This document shows positions 61,031-64,000 of a stretch of 64,000 nucleotides of DNA, one piece after another. The notes beneath the pieces are model-generated. The model saw only the letters and a program-made list of their open reading frames with translations, had not been told where the DNA came from and ran no database searches. Location: NCBI GenBank assembly GCA_918797485.1, contig CAKKNE010000003.1, forward strand, positions 3,472,001 through 3,536,000, given 5' to 3'. Numbering within the stretch: position 1 is the stretch's first letter; every line of letters starts with the position of its first letter. Position numbers and translations under genes: made by a program. Source of the DNA: Pelagomonas calceolata (taxonomy: Eukaryota).

Positions 61031-64000
61031 TTAGTCCGCGAGGCCGCAGCCCAGCGCGCCGCACGCGACGTCGTCGACGACGGCGACGTCCCCCTCGGGG
61101 ACGCCGACGACGCCGGCGCCCAGACCAAAAACGGACGGGGCCTTGGCCACGCCCGGGCCCCGGACGTTCACGCGCTCCAGGAACGCGGCCGCGGCGTCGT
61201 CGTGGCGCCCGAGCCAGTCGTCGATCGCCTCCAGTCGCGCCGCGACGTCGGTCGCATCGGAGATGGGCGGCCCCGGTATAGCATCAGTATACGAGGGATG
61301 ATCCGACGGCGGCAGGACCTCGGGCGCCTCGAAGAAGCGGTCCGCGTCCGCGAGGTGCTTCAGCGCGTCCCTGACGACCGTGGAATCGCGCCGCGCGTCG
61401 ACGACGGCGCAGTCCCGCAGCGGCATGCGCCCCCGGCTCAGGCCGTGGAGGTTCCGCGTCGCATGCCGGAGCTGCGCGACGTCGTAGTACCGCTTCCAGA
61501 GCATCGCGATCGGCAGCCCGCCGATCGCCGGCCAGACCCCGTAGTTCGACTCGTTGATCAGGATGATGGCCAGCTGCATGACCAGCGCGATGAGCAACGC
61601 GTGGTACGTTTGAATGACTCCAAAAAACCAGAGGTGGCCCCCCGTATCAAAGGGCATCTCCTCCAGGCAGCACAGCGTGTGCTTCGCGACCTCGTAGGCC
61701 GCGATGAAGTAGAGGTAGCAGACGCAGCACGTCACGGGCGCGACCGCCGCGAAGCAGGCCCCCACCAGTAGCGCGAACGCCTCCCAGCCCGCTGTCGAGC
61801 CCAGGTCGGCGTCGTCCGCTTCCAAGGTCTCCTCGACCTGCGCGTCCGACGCGATCCAGGCCTGCTGCAGGAGCCGCCACGTGACGTAGGGCTCCACCCT
61901 CAAGGCCTCGGCGACCATGTCGCCGATCTGGAGTAAAAATAAGGCCGAGAAGGGCCAGGCCTGCCGCGGCAGCTCCCGGATCATCAGCTTGACCGCCGTG
62001 CCCGCGTCGAAGCTCCAGCCGTCGTTCTTCGCGTTGTAGATGCGCTGGCGGTACGCCTCGGCGTCCTCGCCGTATTGCTTCTCGTCGTCCTTGCTGCAGC
62101 CGCCGACGGTGTTGCAGACCCACGCCTGGTCCTCGATGGCCTCCCAGCACTGGCCGACAAGGTAAGCTCCAAAAGCCACGATCCAGAAGAAGATGCTGTA
62201 GTCCCGCGCGACCGCCATCTGCAGCGACGACTCGCTCCACAGCGACGAGAACATGCGGTTCGTCGCCCGCAGGATGACGGCCACATAATCGAAGAGCCAG
62301 TCCTGGAAGTAGGCCGGCACGAGACCCCCCAACAACTCCCAAAAAATCGCAAAGTTCCGCCGGACGCCCGACGGCCGCTGCGCCCGCTTCAAACAGATGT
62401 CCTCCCACTCGGCCGTGAAGACCATGATGAGCACGGAGTAGCCGAACCAGCAGCAGATCTTGATGAAGCGGCCGGCCGACGCGCGGTCGGCCTTCTCGCC
62501 GTGCTCGCTGTCCAGCGTCTCGAGCTCGGCCCAGTCGACGTCGCGCGGCTCCGGCAGGGGCGTCAGCTCCATCGGGACGGGCTCGCGGTGGCGGTGCAGG
62601 CACCCCTTGAGCCCCGTGAGGTAGTAGCCCGCCTTCTCGAGCAGGACGAAGAGCGGGTCGAACCGCGTCGGCTTGTGGTGGAGCTTGGGCGGCCGGTACG
62701 TCTGCGGCACCTCGATGGGGTCGTTCGTCGCGCCCAGGGGGCAGTTCGTGGCGCACTGGGCCAGCTCCAGCGAGTTGAAGACGACGACCGCGGAGCCGCC
62801 CCGCGGCGCCGCCTCGCCGGCGTGCTCGATGAGCTTCAGGCGCGCCGCCTCGGCCCTTCTAATGGCGTCCGCCGGGTCCGCGGCCTCGTCCTCGACGGAA
62901 TGCTCCACAAACGAACAGCAGCAGATGCACCCGTCGATGCACTTGGCGCAGCCCTGCTGGATCTTCTTCTTCTCGCCGCTGTCCCACCGCCGCTGCAGCT
63001 CCTCGCGCCACCGCGCGCGCTCGATCTCCTTCAGTTCGTCGATGAACTTGCGCACGCGGCCCCGCAGCCCGCCGTCGCCGGTGAGGTACCAGCTCAGGGC
63101 CCCGACCTCCCTGACGACGGTCTCCATGAGCGTCCGGTGGCGGTCCTCGGCCGCCTTGATCGCATGCGCGGACGCGCCCGTCGCCTTCAGCCGCGCGATC
63201 TTGTCCTCCTGCGCGGCGACGGCGGCCCGGGCCTCGCCCCCCGGAGCCTCCTCGTCCTGGACGGCGCGCGTCTCCGCGTCGAGGTGGCGGCACGGCACGA
63301 CCGCCACGACGCTTCCGGGCACCTGGAACACGCTCTCGAAGAACGTCCTCACGTCGACCGGGTCCCGCAATTCCTCGGGGAGGCCCGTGCACACCACCGC
63401 GTAGTGGTTCGCCGGCGCGCTATCGGCGGCCTCCCGGATGATCTCCTGGGCCTCGAGGTCGTGCGCGTCGATGATCCGGTAGGCGGCCCAGTGCCCGAGC
63501 CACAGCACGAGCACGGCCGCCCAGAGCTGCCAGACGGCCGTGCTGCCCGCCCGACAGAACACGTTCGTGATGTGGATCCGGTCGAACCCCGGCGAGCGGG
63601 CCCGGCGCCAGCCCGCGCGCTTGGCGACGCAGGGGCACCAGACGCCCCGGACGAACTCGGCGTTGCCGCTGTAGTCGTCGCCCCAGTCGTTGGTAGATGC
63701 GAACTCGTCGCCGTCGTCGTATCTATAGATGTACTGTCGTTCCGACTTGTCCGACCCGCAGTTGTCCGTGTTCTCCGGCGCGTCGTCCGCGCCGACCTCG
63801 CCCGCCCACTGACCTTTATCCGGCGTGATTCGGAACGTGTAGCAGAGCGCCCCGCAGTTCGTGGGGCAGCCCGCGGAGGCCTTCGCGTACGAATCTCTGT
63901 TCGTCGTTTCGTCTTCGTAAACGCACCGCGCCGGGTCGAGCGCGAAGACCACCGCTAGAGGAAACGCGAGGAGCGCCCAGATCTCCAAGCAGGCCAGGCG
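61031..64000 (-). CDS. OSCA/TMEM63 (CSC1)-like mechanosensitive channel; 5' part lies outside the window
   Basis: YAVVCTGLP, AVVVFNS, PEPRDVDW..L, FAAVAP and DTGGHLW motifs, with multiple TM helices. Confidence 0.8.
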   Translation of the reverse strand, partial: RLACLEIWALLAFPLAVVFALDPARCVYEDETTNRDSYAKASAGCPTNCGALCYTFRITPDKGQWAGEVGADDAPENTDNCGSDKSERQYIYRYDDGDEFASTNDWGDDYSGNAEFVRGVWCPCVAKRAGWRRARSPGFDRIHITNVFCRAGSTAVWQLWAAVLVLWLGHWAAYRIIDAHDLEAQEIIREAADSAPANHYAVVCTGLPEELRDPVDVRTFFESVFQVPGSVVAVVPCRHLDAETRAVQDEEAPGGEARAAVAAQEDKIARLKATGASAHAIKAAEDRHRTLMETVVREVGALSWYLTGDGGLRGRVRKFIDELKEIERARWREELQRRWDSGEKKKIQQGCAKCIDGCICCCSFVEHSVEDEAADPADAIRRAEAARLKLIEHAGEAAPRGGSAVVVFNSLELAQCATNCPLGATNDPIEVPQTYRPPKLHHKPTRFDPLFVLLEKAGYYLTGLKGCLHRHREPVPMELTPLPEPRDVDWAELETLDSEHGEKADRASAGRFIKICCWFGYSVLIMVFTAEWEDICLKRAQRPSGVRRNFAIFWELLGGLVPAYFQDWLFDYVAVILRATNRMFSSLWSESSLQMAVARDYSIFFWIVAFGAYLVGQCWEAIEDQAWVCNTVGGCSKDDEKQYGEDAEAYRQRIYNAKNDGWSFDAGTAVKLMIRELPRQAWPFSALFLLQIGDMVAEALRVEPYVTWRLLQQAWIASDAQVEETLEADDADLGSTAGWEAFALLVGACFAAVAPVTCCVCYLYFIAAYEVAKHTLCCLEEMPFDTGGHLWFFGVIQTYHALLIALVMQLAIILINESNYGVWPAIGGLPIAMLWKRYYDVAQLRHATRNLHGLSRGRMPLRDCAVVDARRDSTVVRDALKHLADADRFFEAPEVLPPSDHPSYTDAIPGPPISDATDVAARLEAIDDWLGRHDDAAAAFLERVNVRGPGVAKAPSVFGLGAGVVGVPEGDVAVVDDVACGALGCGLAD

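Overview
Gene-dense, very GC-rich eukaryotic DNA with about 45 mostly intron-poor genes. The gene content (ASAF-type plastid-targeting presequences, MYND-RING-TPR and AP2 families, introns with terminal inverted repeats) points to a pelagophyte stramenopile such as Pelagomonas or Aureococcus; this is inferred, not verified. Recognisable genes include G6PD, an ABC1 kinase, organellar IF-2, a sodium:solute symporter, dPGM, an ankyrin-DHHC palmitoyltransferase, bS21, biotin ligase, a patatin lipase, PDH E2, GST, H2A/H2B, PNPase and an OSCA/TMEM63 channel. The most notable signals are non-coding. (1) A ~24-bp CTAG-bounded motif (GCTAGCGGCCTGTAAGACACTAGC) occurs 13 times, always upstream of genes and mostly between divergent pairs. 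(2) A nested pair of non-autonomous TIR elements at 42.3-43.9 kb has its inner element splitting a copy of that motif. (3) Introner-type introns show TIR/TSD hallmarks, including a probable GC-AG intron. (4) The H2A/H2B pair has a palindromic promoter and metazoan-type 3' stem-loops. (5) A ~280-bp upstream module is shared by two unrelated genes. All calls were made by eye; no database searches were run.
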